From Phycisphaera sp. (GTDB taxonomy: Bacteria; Planctomycetota; Phycisphaerae; Phycisphaerales; Zrk34), in the NCBI GenBank assembly GCA_016125285.1, contig WGMA01000016.1:1-64000 (forward strand): 64,000 nucleotides of DNA, written 5' to 3'. Shown here piece by piece: positions 18,742-29,800 of the stretch (the stretch's first letter is position 1; each line of letters opens with the position of its first letter). Below the pieces are notes generated by a model. The model was not told the DNA's origin, did not search any database, and saw only the letters and a program-made list of their open reading frames with translations. The translations under genes and the position numbers were made by a program.

Positions 18742-19092
18742 ATGATCCTCGTCGCCACCTACAGCTCGCGCTATTGCGTCGCGATCAAGAAGTTCGTCGA
18801 GGACCTCGGCTATCACGCCCTGGCCACGACCGACGGCGAGGACGCCTGGGAGATCTACCGCGGCCGAAAGAAGGAACTCGAACTCGCCATCCTCGACGCC
18901 AACCTCCCGCACAAGTCCGGCGTGTCCATCATGCAGGAGATCCGCGCCGGCGATCCCAAGTTTCCGATCATCCTGCTCTTCCGGTCCGAGCAGAAGCACT
19001 TCATCGAGGAAGAGAACGTCCACTGCCTCAACAACCCCGTCGACCGGGAAGTGCTGCGCGAGCTCGTCATCGAAACGACGATGTTCGGCTGA
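18742..19092 (+). CDS. Single-domain response regulator (CheY-like receiver)
   Basis: 116 aa: 'MILVATYSSRY...LELAILDANLPHKSGVSIMQEIR...PIILLF'. The phospho-acceptor is in a DxxLP context. The ATG at 18742 is in frame with track ORF 18562..19092. Confidence 0.6.
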   Translation: MILVATYSSRYCVAIKKFVEDLGYHALATTDGEDAWEIYRGRKKELELAILDANLPHKSGVSIMQEIRAGDPKFPIILLFRSEQKHFIEEENVHCLNNPVDREVLRELVIETTMFG

Positions 19093-19104
19093 TCGCGCCC
19101 CGCC

Positions 19105-20487
<1,383 letters not shown>

Positions 20488-20507
20488 GGCCGCAGTATAA
20501 CTTCGCG

Positions 20508-20545
20508 ATCCTCACGATGTGGTGAAATTCACTAGCATTAGTGAA
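20508..20545. promoter_or_regulatory. Two adjacent GTGA-N-TCAC palindromes (GTGAAATTCAC and TAGTGAAAATCACTA), candidate EBP/operator site
   Basis: Read directly: ggtgaaattcactagcattagtgaaaatcactatatcc in an AT-rich stretch. It lies about 20-60 nt upstream of the sigma-54 activator start on the minus strand and about 80-110 nt upstream of the divergent -24/-12 element. Confidence 0.55.
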
Positions 20546-20620
20546 AATCACTATATCCTCCAGGACATTAGAAAATACGTATCTTTATTAAATAAAGAGC
20601 ATTATGCGTAATTTTGGCTC

Positions 20621-20636
20621 TGGCACGTCTGTTGCA
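20621..20636 (+). promoter_or_regulatory. Sigma-54 (-24/-12) promoter: TGGCACG-N4-TTGCA
   Basis: The sequence tggcacgtctgttgca matches the RpoN consensus TGGCACG-N4-TTGCW exactly. It is oriented toward the + strand genes at 20686 and 21172. Confidence 0.7.
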
Positions 20637-20685
20637 TTGTGATAGGCGGGGAGAGCGACGATCACTGGAAGAAAGGATCAGAGGG

Positions 20686-21051
20686 ATGCATAGCTCCCGC
20701 AAGATATCGGTACGCGACTGGCTCACGAGACTGGCCATCCTCGGCATCGTCAGCTTCATGGTGATTGGCGCCGAGCAGGTCACGCTTCAGTGGACCTACC
20801 CCACGACGCTCAGCGAGCTGGCCGTTCAGCAGCTCGAGGCGTCGAACGACGTCGCCGAGGCGATGCGTATCCAGAGCGACCTGCGGCACACGCTGACGAT
20901 GGTCTGCGAGTCGCTGGTCGTGGCGGTCGCGCTGGTCCTGTTCACCGGCCCCGTAGTGGCGCTGTTCCAGCGTCGCACCTCCGACGAAGGCGCAGGCGAT
21001 CGCGATGACGACGCCGACGCCGCCGCGCTCCGGCGCGCGCGGGGCGCCTGA
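20686..21051 (+). CDS. Small membrane protein (hypothetical), candidate sigma-54-dependent transcript
   Basis: The ATG at 20686 is in frame with track ORF 20614..21051. There are two TM helices, 'LAILGIVSFMVIGA' and 'LVVAVALVLFTGPVVALF', and an acidic C-terminus. The gene is downstream of the -24/-12 element. Confidence 0.45.
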   Translation: MHSSRKISVRDWLTRLAILGIVSFMVIGAEQVTLQWTYPTTLSELAVQQLEASNDVAEAMRIQSDLRHTLTMVCESLVVAVALVLFTGPVVALFQRRTSDEGAGDRDDDADAAALRRARGA

Positions 21052-21171
21052 ATCACCACCCGCCACTGAATCCTCGTTGACCCGTGCGCCAAACGTGCGC
21101 GCCGGGAAGACGCCTCACACCCACACGCGGCTCGGCCGCGCACGCTCACCGTACGTGAAAGGACACCGAAG

Positions 21172-22224
21172 ATGACACGCCAAACACTCAAACTGCTCGT
21201 CACGCTCACGCTCGTCGCCGTCATGACCACCGGCTGCAAGCCGTACGATAAGCCCGAATTCGAGGAGATTGACACCTCGGAGACCGGCTTCCTCATCCCG
21301 CTCGAGGGCGACACGACCAAGCAACAGTCGTTCGAGTCGGAGACCTACCTCGACCAGCGCAAGGTCGCGGCCAAGCGCGTCGAGATCCCGCACCGCTGGG
21401 TGCAGACCGGCCGCGCGTGGTGGGCCGGTCAGTGGATGGACATGGTCCGCCTGGTGAAGGTCGACCGCTCGCCGGTGACGCGCGAGTGGACCGCCGAGGC
21501 GACCAGCGGCACGTCGAAGGCGAACCAGGCGATCTGGATCGAGTCGAAGGACTCGGTCGGCTTCAGCGTCGGGTTCAACTGCACGGCGTACATCCAGGAG
21601 CCCAACACGGCCAAGTTCCTCTACATGTACCGCAGCAAGTCGCTGGCCGACATGATGGACACCGAGGTGCGTGCGCGCATCCAGTCCGTCGCCGCGGAGG
21701 TCGCCGCGGAGTACGACCTCGACGAGCTCCGCTCCAAGAAGCAGGAGATCATCGACAAGGTCCGCACCGATGTCATCCCGTTCTTCGAGCAGCGTGGCAT
21801 CAGCATCACCACGATCGGCATGTTCGGCGGGTTCACCTACCAGAACGTCGCCATCCAGAACGCGATCGACGAGACGTTCGTCGCGCAGCAGCTGAAGGTC
21901 GTGGCCGACGCGAAGCTCAAGGCGCAGCTCAAGGAGAACGAGGTGATCGAGCTCGCCGCGAAGGCCGAGGCGAACAAGGCCGAGACGATCGCCACCGGCG
22001 AGGCCGCCGCGATCACGAAGGTCGCCGAGGCGACGTCCAAGGCGCAGAAGGACCCGCTGTTCATCCAGCTGCGACTGCTCGAGGTCGAGAACGCCCGCAT
22101 CGCCAAGTGGGACGGCAAGTACCCCGTCTACATGATGCAGCTCGGCCAAGGCGACACCCAGACCCAAGCGCCGCAGATGCTCCTGCAGCTTCCTCCTGTC
22201 AGCGCGACCAGCGTGTCCCGCTGA
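21172..22224 (+). CDS. SPFH/band-7 (stomatin/prohibitin/HflK-like) domain lipoprotein
   Basis: The lipobox 'LTLVAVMTTGC' is present. The central SPFH-like region is 'FLYMYRSKSLADMMDTEVRARIQSVAAEVAAEYDLDELRSKKQEII'. The C-terminus is a coiled coil rich in A/E/K, typical of band-7 proteins. Confidence 0.65.
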   Translation: MTRQTLKLLVTLTLVAVMTTGCKPYDKPEFEEIDTSETGFLIPLEGDTTKQQSFESETYLDQRKVAAKRVEIPHRWVQTGRAWWAGQWMDMVRLVKVDRSPVTREWTAEATSGTSKANQAIWIESKDSVGFSVGFNCTAYIQEPNTAKFLYMYRSKSLADMMDTEVRARIQSVAAEVAAEYDLDELRSKKQEIIDKVRTDVIPFFEQRGISITTIGMFGGFTYQNVAIQNAIDETFVAQQLKVVADAKLKAQLKENEVIELAAKAEANKAETIATGEAAAITKVAEATSKAQKDPLFIQLRLLEVENARIAKWDGKYPVYMMQLGQGDTQTQAPQMLLQLPPVSATSVSR

Positions 22225-22337
22225 CCGCGAGCCCGCCGCTCGCTTGAGAGCCCTTCCGGGGCTTTCGGGAGCCGACCGTTAAGTCGGTCGGCTCCTTTTG
22301 AGAAGTCGCAACCCTGTGGATCGATCAGTCGATCAGA

Positions 22338-22811
22338 TTGGAGACACCGATGACACGCATGCCTGACGAATCGTTCGTGGACACCCGTGGGATTACGGTC
22401 CCGGTCGCGGTGGGCGGGCGGATGGTCGCGGCGCCGCTGCTGCCGGTGGTCAGCCCGCCGGTGTGGGCGGAGATCGGGTTGATCGCGGTGCGCGAGGGCC
22501 GGTTGGCCGTGGCGCAGCCGCCGCAGTGCGAGCCGCACCTGATCCTGTGGGACCCGGAGCTGGAGCGAGCGGCGTGGTCGATCCCGCTGGCGCGCGTCAC
22601 GGGCGTGGCGCACTTCGGCTGGTGGTGGTGGCGCACGTGTCGCCTGTCACTCGACGACGGCGAACGCGTGCTGATCCACGGCGACCTGGGCGACTTCGAC
22701 GTCCTGCTCGAATTCGAGCTCTGGCAGCGCGGCATGCCCCGCTACGACGCTGACGACCCGCGGTCGCTGTGGCATCCGACGCACTGGATCGACGTGGCGG
22801 AGAGGAACTGA
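22338..22811 (+). CDS. Hypothetical protein
   Basis: 157-aa ORF with a Trp-rich motif 'GWWWWRTCRL'. It is translationally coupled (ATGA overlap) to the next gene. No family was recognised. Confidence 0.45.
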   Translation: METPMTRMPDESFVDTRGITVPVAVGGRMVAAPLLPVVSPPVWAEIGLIAVREGRLAVAQPPQCEPHLILWDPELERAAWSIPLARVTGVAHFGWWWWRTCRLSLDDGERVLIHGDLGDFDVLLEFELWQRGMPRYDADDPRSLWHPTHWIDVAERN

Positions 22812-23398
22812 TGAACGCGATCTGGAAAATGGCGACAAAGCGCATCAAAGTCAAAGAGTCGCGAGTGGTGTCTTGGTTGTGTGTCGGATTCTTTGTCGCA
22901 AGCGCCGTGTGCCTTGTAGCGAGCTTTTGGGGTTCGTTGTTTGGTCCCGAGGTCTTGGATTTACTTGGCGCGCTCGGCTTCTTCATCACTGTGATCGCTT
23001 TTTTGACCTCCGGGTCCGAGGCAGTACGTGATTACATCGCGAAGCGGCCACGCGGCCTCGCGCCTGATTGGCTACGACCGTGGCGTTGGTTCTTGATTGT
23101 CAGCGCCATAGTTTTAGCAGCGATCGTCATTGCGTCTGGAATCCCGATGTTTCTGTACGCAGATGGCGTTGCATCGAGTTCGGGTCCAGTGTTTGAGCAC
23201 CGTGCAGTGTACGAGTTGTGCAATCACGGCACGTATACCACCGTGTCGCGCTGGCGGTACCTGGTCGTGGGCACATCGTTCATCGTGGGGTGGCACGGCG
23301 GCATAGCCTTCATGGACCTGATCGGACTCATTTACTTGTTGTTCGGTGTCAAGAGATCCATGAATACGAAAAACAGCACCGAAGGAGGTGCGACGTGA
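22811..23398 (+). CDS. Hypothetical polytopic membrane protein encoded in a low-GC (~53-55%) segment
   Basis: About four TM helices. Codon third positions are not GC-biased (aaa, ttt, gat), unlike neighbouring genes. Its start overlaps the upstream stop (ATGA). Confidence 0.55.
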   Translation: MNAIWKMATKRIKVKESRVVSWLCVGFFVASAVCLVASFWGSLFGPEVLDLLGALGFFITVIAFLTSGSEAVRDYIAKRPRGLAPDWLRPWRWFLIVSAIVLAAIVIASGIPMFLYADGVASSSGPVFEHRAVYELCNHGTYTTVSRWRYLVVGTSFIVGWHGGIAFMDLIGLIYLLFGVKRSMNTKNSTEGGAT

Positions 23399-24078
23399 AA
23401 AGGAAATTCTTTCAGTTTGTTCGCGTCCTGGCGGCGGTGTGCATGCTGCTGGGTGGGATTGGGTATTTCGGTTCGCTGTCGATCAACAACGGGTCGACGG
23501 ACTGGCTCGGCGACAACGTCGAGCTGCCGCTGGGGGACCTGACGGACGTGGAGGTCGACGGCGATGGCCACGTGTACTGCGCGTTGCAGGGTTACCACCG
23601 CGTGCAGGTGTACGACGCGGATGGGCGCTTCGTGCGCGGCTGGCAGGTCGAGTCGCAGACGGGGCGCTTCCGCATGCAGCTCGGCGATACGGGCCACGTC
23701 GAGGTCGCGACGCTGCGCGGCGACATGCTGTTCGTCTACGACACGAACGGCAAGCTGCTCGACGCACGCGACGGCGGTCACACGGCGTACTTCGCGTTCG
23801 GCGAGGGGCACGACCGCGTCGCGCCGCAGCAGGGGCGTGACGGTCACGTGTACCGCGTGGCCGACGCGCAGCTCTATCCGCACGTCGTGCGCTGCGACGC
23901 GACCGACGGCGGCGGCGCGAAGGAATCGACGGTGGTGTCGATGCCGTTCTACTACTGGCCGTTCATGGCGCCGGTGCCCGCGCTGCCGATGTGGATGGGC
24001 GGGATCTTCACGCTGATCCTCACGGACAAGCGTTACGGGGATTCGAGCAGCGTGGCGACGGCGGTGACGGCGGACTGA
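23395..24078 (+). CDS. Hypothetical membrane-anchored protein with beta-propeller-like (NHL/SMP-30-like) repeats
   Basis: A GTG start at 23395 is preceded by GGAGG at 23385-23389. It has the N-terminal TM 'FVRVLAAVCMLLGGIGYFG' and 'DGHVY...YDADGRFV' repeats. The track ORF 23218 start is an upstream artefact. Confidence 0.55.
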   Translation: MKRKFFQFVRVLAAVCMLLGGIGYFGSLSINNGSTDWLGDNVELPLGDLTDVEVDGDGHVYCALQGYHRVQVYDADGRFVRGWQVESQTGRFRMQLGDTGHVEVATLRGDMLFVYDTNGKLLDARDGGHTAYFAFGEGHDRVAPQQGRDGHVYRVADAQLYPHVVRCDATDGGGAKESTVVSMPFYYWPFMAPVPALPMWMGGIFTLILTDKRYGDSSSVATAVTAD

Positions 24079-24160
24079 GCGCGGCGTGCGGCGCGACGCA
24101 TCTGCGCGCCGCGCCCGCTCACGCATGCACCGCTACGCATCGCAACGAAAGGAGACAACG

Positions 24161-24460
24161 ATGTCGAACGATCGAAACACTGGAACGGGTTGGTGGGCGA
24201 GCCTGTCCTGGCCGCACGCGATGATGTTCGCGTGGGTGGCGTTCAATCTGGCGATCGGCCCGCTGGTGATGTTGCCGCTGCTGCGTGACCTGATGTCGGC
24301 GACGCCGCACGACGCGCGGGGGCTGCCGATGGACCTGGCGCTCGGCTGGGCGAGCGTGTTCCTCGGCGTGCTGATCGTGCTGGTGATGGCCGAGCGGGTG
24401 CGCGAGCTGCTGCAGGCGCCGAAGCGACCGCGGCTGCGGCGCAGGCGCCGTCGCAAGTGA
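24161..24460 (+). CDS. Small two-TM membrane protein (hypothetical)
   Basis: The ATG at 24161 is preceded by AAGGAG. It has two hydrophobic helices and an Arg-rich C-terminus 'RLRRRRRRK'. Confidence 0.5.
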   Translation: MSNDRNTGTGWWASLSWPHAMMFAWVAFNLAIGPLVMLPLLRDLMSATPHDARGLPMDLALGWASVFLGVLIVLVMAERVRELLQAPKRPRLRRRRRRK

Positions 24461-24482
24461 TCGCGCGTCGCGCAGTCGTTCG

Positions 24483-26012
24483 CTACTTGATCGACGCGAG
24501 CTTCGCGTCGAGCTTGGCTCGCATGTCGTCGAGGACCTGCTTGTGCTGCGGGTCCTCGGCGAGGTTGGTGAACTGGTGGGGGTCCTTTTCCATGTCGTAC
24601 AGTTCGACGCCGCTCTTGCCGTCGTTGTATACGATCAACGCCCAGCGGTCGGTGCGCAGCATGTGGTCGGCGTCGTTGCGCAGCGTGTAGACCGACTCGT
24701 GCACGGCGGGCGCGTGGTCCGGGTCATTGACGACGGACGCGAGGCTCTTGCCCTGCACGTGCGGCGGGATCGGCAGGCCGCAAAGCTCCGCGAGCGTGGG
24801 GTAGATGTCGATCTGTTGGCCGAGCGCGTCGGGCGCGCCGACGGGGCGACCGGGCGCGGCGACGATGAGCGGGATGTGCGTCGTCTCCTCGTGCAGGTGC
24901 ATCTTCTGCCACAGCTCGTGCTCGCCGAGCTGGTAGCCGTGGTCCGCGGTGAACACGACGATCGTGTTGTCGCGGAGGCCGAGCCGGTCGAGCGCGCCGA
25001 GGATCTTGCCGACCTGTGCGTCCATGTAAGACACCGCCGCGTAGTACGCTTCGAGCACCTTCTGCTTCTTGAGCGTCGTGTCGAGCCCGCGCTTCTGGCT
25101 GTCGTTGTGTCGCCCGGCTTCGGGGATGTCCGCTTCGTCGTTCTCCACGCTCAGCGCCAGCTTCATCTCCTCCGCGGGGTACGGCTCGAAGAACGACGCG
25201 GGCGCGACCAGCGGCACGTGCGGTCGCACCAGACCCACCGCGAGGAAGAACGGCTTGTCGTCCTTGCCGTGCTTCTCCAGCAGTTCGACCGCCTTCGCCG
25301 CGGTCTTGTGATCGGCCTGCTCCGTGCCATCGCTCGCGCCGCGCACGACGTAGAACGCGCTTCCATAACCCAGCGCGTAATGGATGTCGTGGTTCGGGTC
25401 GGGCTTGAGGCGATCGTGCGACAGGTGCTCGTGCACGCCCTCGGTCCACTGCTCGGGCGCCTGGCTGTTGAATCGTTCGGTCCACGACGCTTCGTGGTCG
25501 GGGCCGTCGACGCCCGCCGTGATGTCGCCCGGGACGCGCATGTGATAGATCTTGCTGACGCGCGCGGTGTAGTAGCCGTGGTCGCGGAACTGCTGCGCCA
25601 TGGTGGGGCGGTCGCCCATCCGCTTGGTGAAGCCGTTGGCCTGAGCGTTGGAGGTCACGCCGATCACCTGCGCGTACATGCCCGACATCAGCGCCGCACG
25701 CGACGGCCCGCACACGGGGTACTGGCAGTACACGCGTGTGAAGCGCGCCCCGCGCGCCGCCAGCGCGTCGAGGTTCGGCGTCTTGCACTGCGTGTTGCCG
25801 TAGCAGCCCAGCGATTGCGAGCCCAGGTCGTCGGAGATGATGAACAGCACGTTGGGCTTGCGGTCCGCGGCGCGCAGCGGCGTCACGCAGGCGAGCAGCG
25901 CGGCGGTGATGAGCACGGCGATCAGGCATGCAAGCGGGGCGGCATCGGAGCGGACGGATAAACGGTCGGGCGTCGTCATGCGGCGATCCTTATGTGTTGG
26001 GTCTTGTAACAA
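24483..26012 (-). CDS. Sulfatase (formylglycine-dependent arylsulfatase family)
   Basis: 'LFIISDDLGSQSLGCYGN' and the FGly motif 'CGPSRAALMSG' (C-x-P-S-R) are present, with a signal peptide. An alternative start would be MTTPDR at 25979. Confidence 0.9.
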   Translation of the reverse strand: MLQDPTHKDRRMTTPDRLSVRSDAAPLACLIAVLITAALLACVTPLRAADRKPNVLFIISDDLGSQSLGCYGNTQCKTPNLDALAARGARFTRVYCQYPVCGPSRAALMSGMYAQVIGVTSNAQANGFTKRMGDRPTMAQQFRDHGYYTARVSKIYHMRVPGDITAGVDGPDHEASWTERFNSQAPEQWTEGVHEHLSHDRLKPDPNHDIHYALGYGSAFYVVRGASDGTEQADHKTAAKAVELLEKHGKDDKPFFLAVGLVRPHVPLVAPASFFEPYPAEEMKLALSVENDEADIPEAGRHNDSQKRGLDTTLKKQKVLEAYYAAVSYMDAQVGKILGALDRLGLRDNTIVVFTADHGYQLGEHELWQKMHLHEETTHIPLIVAAPGRPVGAPDALGQQIDIYPTLAELCGLPIPPHVQGKSLASVVNDPDHAPAVHESVYTLRNDADHMLRTDRWALIVYNDGKSGVELYDMEKDPHQFTNLAEDPQHKQVLDDMRAKLDAKLASIK

Positions 26013-26040
26013 CGGCGCGACCGGAGGGCGAGATGGCGTG

Positions 26041-26790
26041 TCACCGCCCGAATCGATAGGTGTCGTCGTATTCGCGAGCGCCGCCGCCGTCGCCGTACTG
26101 CTCGTCGATGCCGGGCGAGATCAGCAGGTACTCCGCGGAACGGAGCGGGATGCTGAGGGTGTTGCGATCGGTCGCCGAGGCGGTGGTCCGCCAGTAGTCG
26201 ACGGGGTTGTCCGCGCCGACGAGCGTGTTGTTGTGCGCGAGGTTGAAGCGGCCACCGTTGTCCCACACGTCGGCCCCGGCGCCGCCGAGCGTGCCGGTCG
26301 CCCCGGCGTTGTCGGCGCGGTAGTAGAGCACGCCGCGTTTCGACTGGCTCGTCGCGACCGTCAGCACCCAGCGTCCCGGCGCGCTCTCGGCCAGCGTCTG
26401 CTTCTCGGTCTGGATGTTGAGGTACGGGCCGTACGACTTGCCGGTGAGCGACGCGTCCTTGGTCCACCCGTAGCCCATCTGGCCGTCGACGCCGTTGGGC
26501 TGCGGCCCGACGAGCGCCTGCGCGAGGATCTCGCCGCCGCTCCATGCGCCGAAGCAGATCGGCGCGGTGGCCTTCGTGTAGTCGCTGGGCGGGTAATCGT
26601 TGAAGTCGTTGTGGTAGGCCTGCAGCGCGATGCCGGTGTTCGTCAGCAGCTGCACCTCCCACGGGTTGGGCCTGATATTGGCGATGGTCGGGATGAGGAT
26701 GCCGAGCAGCGCGATGATGATCGCGATCACCACGAGCATCTCAACGATTGTGAACCCGCGGCGTGTGTGCGGCTGGTCGGTCGGCATGGC
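26041..26790 (-). CDS. Prepilin-type N-terminal cleavage/methylation domain protein (type IV pilin / T2SS pseudopilin-like)
   Basis: 'RRGFTIVEMLVVIAIIIALLGIL' is the classic G-F-T-x-x-E class III signal peptide. The start chosen is MPTDQP at 26790, within track ORF 26041..26853. Confidence 0.75.
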   Translation of the reverse strand, partial: AMPTDQPHTRRGFTIVEMLVVIAIIIALLGILIPTIANIRPNPWEVQLLTNTGIALQAYHNDFNDYPPSDYTKATAPICFGAWSGGEILAQALVGPQPNGVDGQMGYGWTKDASLTGKSYGPYLNIQTEKQTLAESAPGRWVLTVATSQSKRGVLYYRADNAGATGTLGGAGADVWDNGGRFNLAHNNTLVGADNPVDYWRTTASATDRNTLSIPLRSAEYLLISPGIDEQYGDGGGAREYDDTYRFGR

Positions 26791-26895
26791 GTGTCTCCCT
26801 TTGCGGAATCGGCGATGGCCCCGTGCGTGATCTGCGTGCGGGATTATAGGCACGGGATCAGCCGGGCGACGGCGACGGGGCGTTGCCGGGAATCG

Positions 26896-29800
26896 CTATT
26901 TCGCGTCGAGGCATGTGATCGAGCCGTCGACGCCGCTGACATAGAGCTTGCGGTTGGCCGCGGCCATGCCGTTGAACACCGGCGGGGTGTCGAGGCGTGA
27001 CTCGAACAGTCGCTGGCCGGTCTTGGCGTTGACCACCCAGAACAGGGCGCCGCTCTTGCCCGCCCACGCGTCGCCCTCTTCCTTGATCTGCTTCTGAGTG
27101 ACCAGGTCGGAGAGCTTGCGGAACGCCTGCTCCTCGTTGACCGCGTCCTCCGGGCCGGACATGAACAGGTTGCCCTCCGACAGCACGAGGCCGCGGACGA
27201 ACATGGGGATGTCGGTCGTCCAGTCGTACGGCACGTCGAAGCCGGGCACGGCCTTTTCGGGCTCGGTGTTGGGCGAGCCTTCTCCGGCGGCGACCTCCGT
27301 CTCGCTCGCCCGGCCGTCGAACCTCAACGCCTTGCCCGCGCGGCCCGGCGCGGTGCTCGCACCGTCGACCGCGCCGTTGAGCTGGTTGCCCGACGCGTCG
27401 GTCGCCTTGCCGTCGTCGAACCCGAACGCGACGACCAGGCCGTCGGCGTCGGGCTTCGCGTCGGCGTCCGCGGGGGCCGCGGCGTCGGCTGCGATCTGCG
27501 CCTCGCTGCGCGCCTTGCGGTAGATCCGCACGTCGTCGATCAGCCCGGTGAATCCGACGGCGCGCTTGTACTCGCCGACCGGCGTCTCATCGTCCGTGCC
27601 GATCGACACGCCCTCGATCGGGTCCTTCGGCAGCGGGCCGTCGGCCCTGGCGGACGCGGCGAGCTTGCCGTCGATGTACACCTTGAGCGTTCCGTCGCCG
27701 TCGAGCACACCGGCGAGGTGCACCCACTTGTTTTCGTCGACCGTGTGCTTCGCCGTCGCGTCGGTGATCTTGCCACCGTTGCGCAGGGCGAATACGGGGT
27801 GTGCGTCGTCGAGATAGAGCGTGAAGCCCATCGCGCCGCCGCCGCGTGCGAGGATGACGCCGTCGGCGCTGGCGGGCTTGATCCACGCCTCGACGGTCAC
27901 CGGTGACTTGGCCGTCGACAGCTTCGGCGCGTTGGCGAGACGCACGACGGTCGACCCGGTCGCGTCACCCTTGCCCGCGTTGCCCTTGCCATCGCCGCCC
28001 TTACCGTTGCCCTTGCCCGCGTTCTTGTTGACCGGCGTCTCGCCGCGGCGGACCGCCGGGTTGCTAACGCCGCCGTTGTCCGGCACGTCCTGAGACGCGC
28101 CCTTACGCGGCGACGAGAACAGGTGGTTTTCCATCGGCGTGGTCCACTTCCAGTACTCGGGCTTGCGGCCGAACCCGTAGATCGTCGTGTCGTCCGACAC
28201 GAGCACGCGACCGGCCGGGGCGCTCTTGCCCGCGCGGTAGTAGCCCTGCCAGCCGCTGACGTACATCGTGCCGTACATCCAGTACGTGCGGTGCCAGTAG
28301 CTGTCGTCGAGGTAGCCGGTCGGGCTGAAGATGTGCGCGTGCTCGACACCCTGCACGGGGTCCGGCGCGCCCTGGTCGGCGTCGGCCTTACGCGGCATCG
28401 CGCTGAGCGGCAGGCGCTTGCCCGACAGGTCGAACGGCTGCGACCGCATGTACACGAACCGATCGTCGCACGACAGCACGTCCGGCAGGCCCACCGGCAT
28501 GTTCAGCCAGCTGACGAAGTCCGTGATCTTCTTGCCCGTGCCCTCTTCGCGGTCGTCCATCTTCGTGATGCTCAGCAGGCCGCCCGTCGCCGGGTCGAGC
28601 CGGTACATGCGGATGCCGCCGTCGAGGAACATCGACCGCCCGGCCACGCAGTACAGCACGTCGTTCTCGATCAGCACGCTGCCGTTGACCGGCCAGAGCG
28701 ATTCGATCTGATCGAACGACATCGTCCGTTGGTCCACGAACGCCGCGAGGAACCGCCACGCCAGCGCGCCGTCGCTCGCACGCAGCGCGTACACGTAGCC
28801 GTCGTTCGAGCCGAAGTACACGCGGCCCTTGTGGTACGTCGGTGGCGAGTCGACGCGGCCGCCTGAGGTGAACGACCACAGCGGCTTGCCCGTGTCGGCG
28901 TCGATCGCGTGCACCGTGTGCGTGTCGATCGACGCGACGAACACCTTGTGATCCGCCACGACCGGCGCGGTCAGCTTGCCGCCGATCGGCGTCTTCCACG
29001 TCGTCTGCAGCGACGTGGGCACGATCGTGCTGGCGTGGCCGCTGCGCTCGTTGTCGTGCCGGAACGTGGGCCACTCCTCGACGCTGCTGACGCGCGGGTC
29101 GTCGAGGTCGTAGCCCGGGCCGCGCGTCAGGCGTTTGTCGTCGGCGACCGGCACGAGCGGTTTGTCCGCGGCGGGCGCCAGGGCGTTGAAGCCCGACAGC
29201 TTGGCCTCGAGGTAGCAGGCGCAGGGATGTTGCGGAGCGTAGGTCAGTCCGTTGGCGGGCATCACGCCGTACAGGCACGCGCCGCGCACGAAGTGGTTCG
29301 TGTCCCAGCTCTCCTTCTTGACGTCGATGTACTCGATGCCGGTGCGCGACATCATCAGGTACTTGTCCGTCGCCTTGCCGCGGTAGCAGCGGTGGTGGAA
29401 CCAGTACGTCTGCACGTCCGGCTCGAACGACCGCTTCACCTCGCCGGTGCGCGGGTCACGCCCGGTGAACAGGCCCTCGGCGCGGCCGCTCGTCGTCTCG
29501 CCGGTCCACACCAGCCCGTCGACGACCATCAGGTCCTCCGCCGAGCGATAGCCCGAAGCCGGGTGCGGCGCGTTCCACAGCACCTTGCCCGTCGCCAGAT
29601 CCAGCGCGGACATGCTGTCGACGTCGCGGCTCCATCCGCCCGAGCCCGAGCCCGCCTTCTCGCCGCCCGCGAACAGCACCACATCCTTATAGATGACGAG
29701 CGTCGGCGAGAAGAACGGACGCATCTCGGCCGATCGCGCCACCGGTTCGGATCGCCACGCGACTTCGCCCGTGTCGCGCTTGAGGCACACGACGCTCTCT

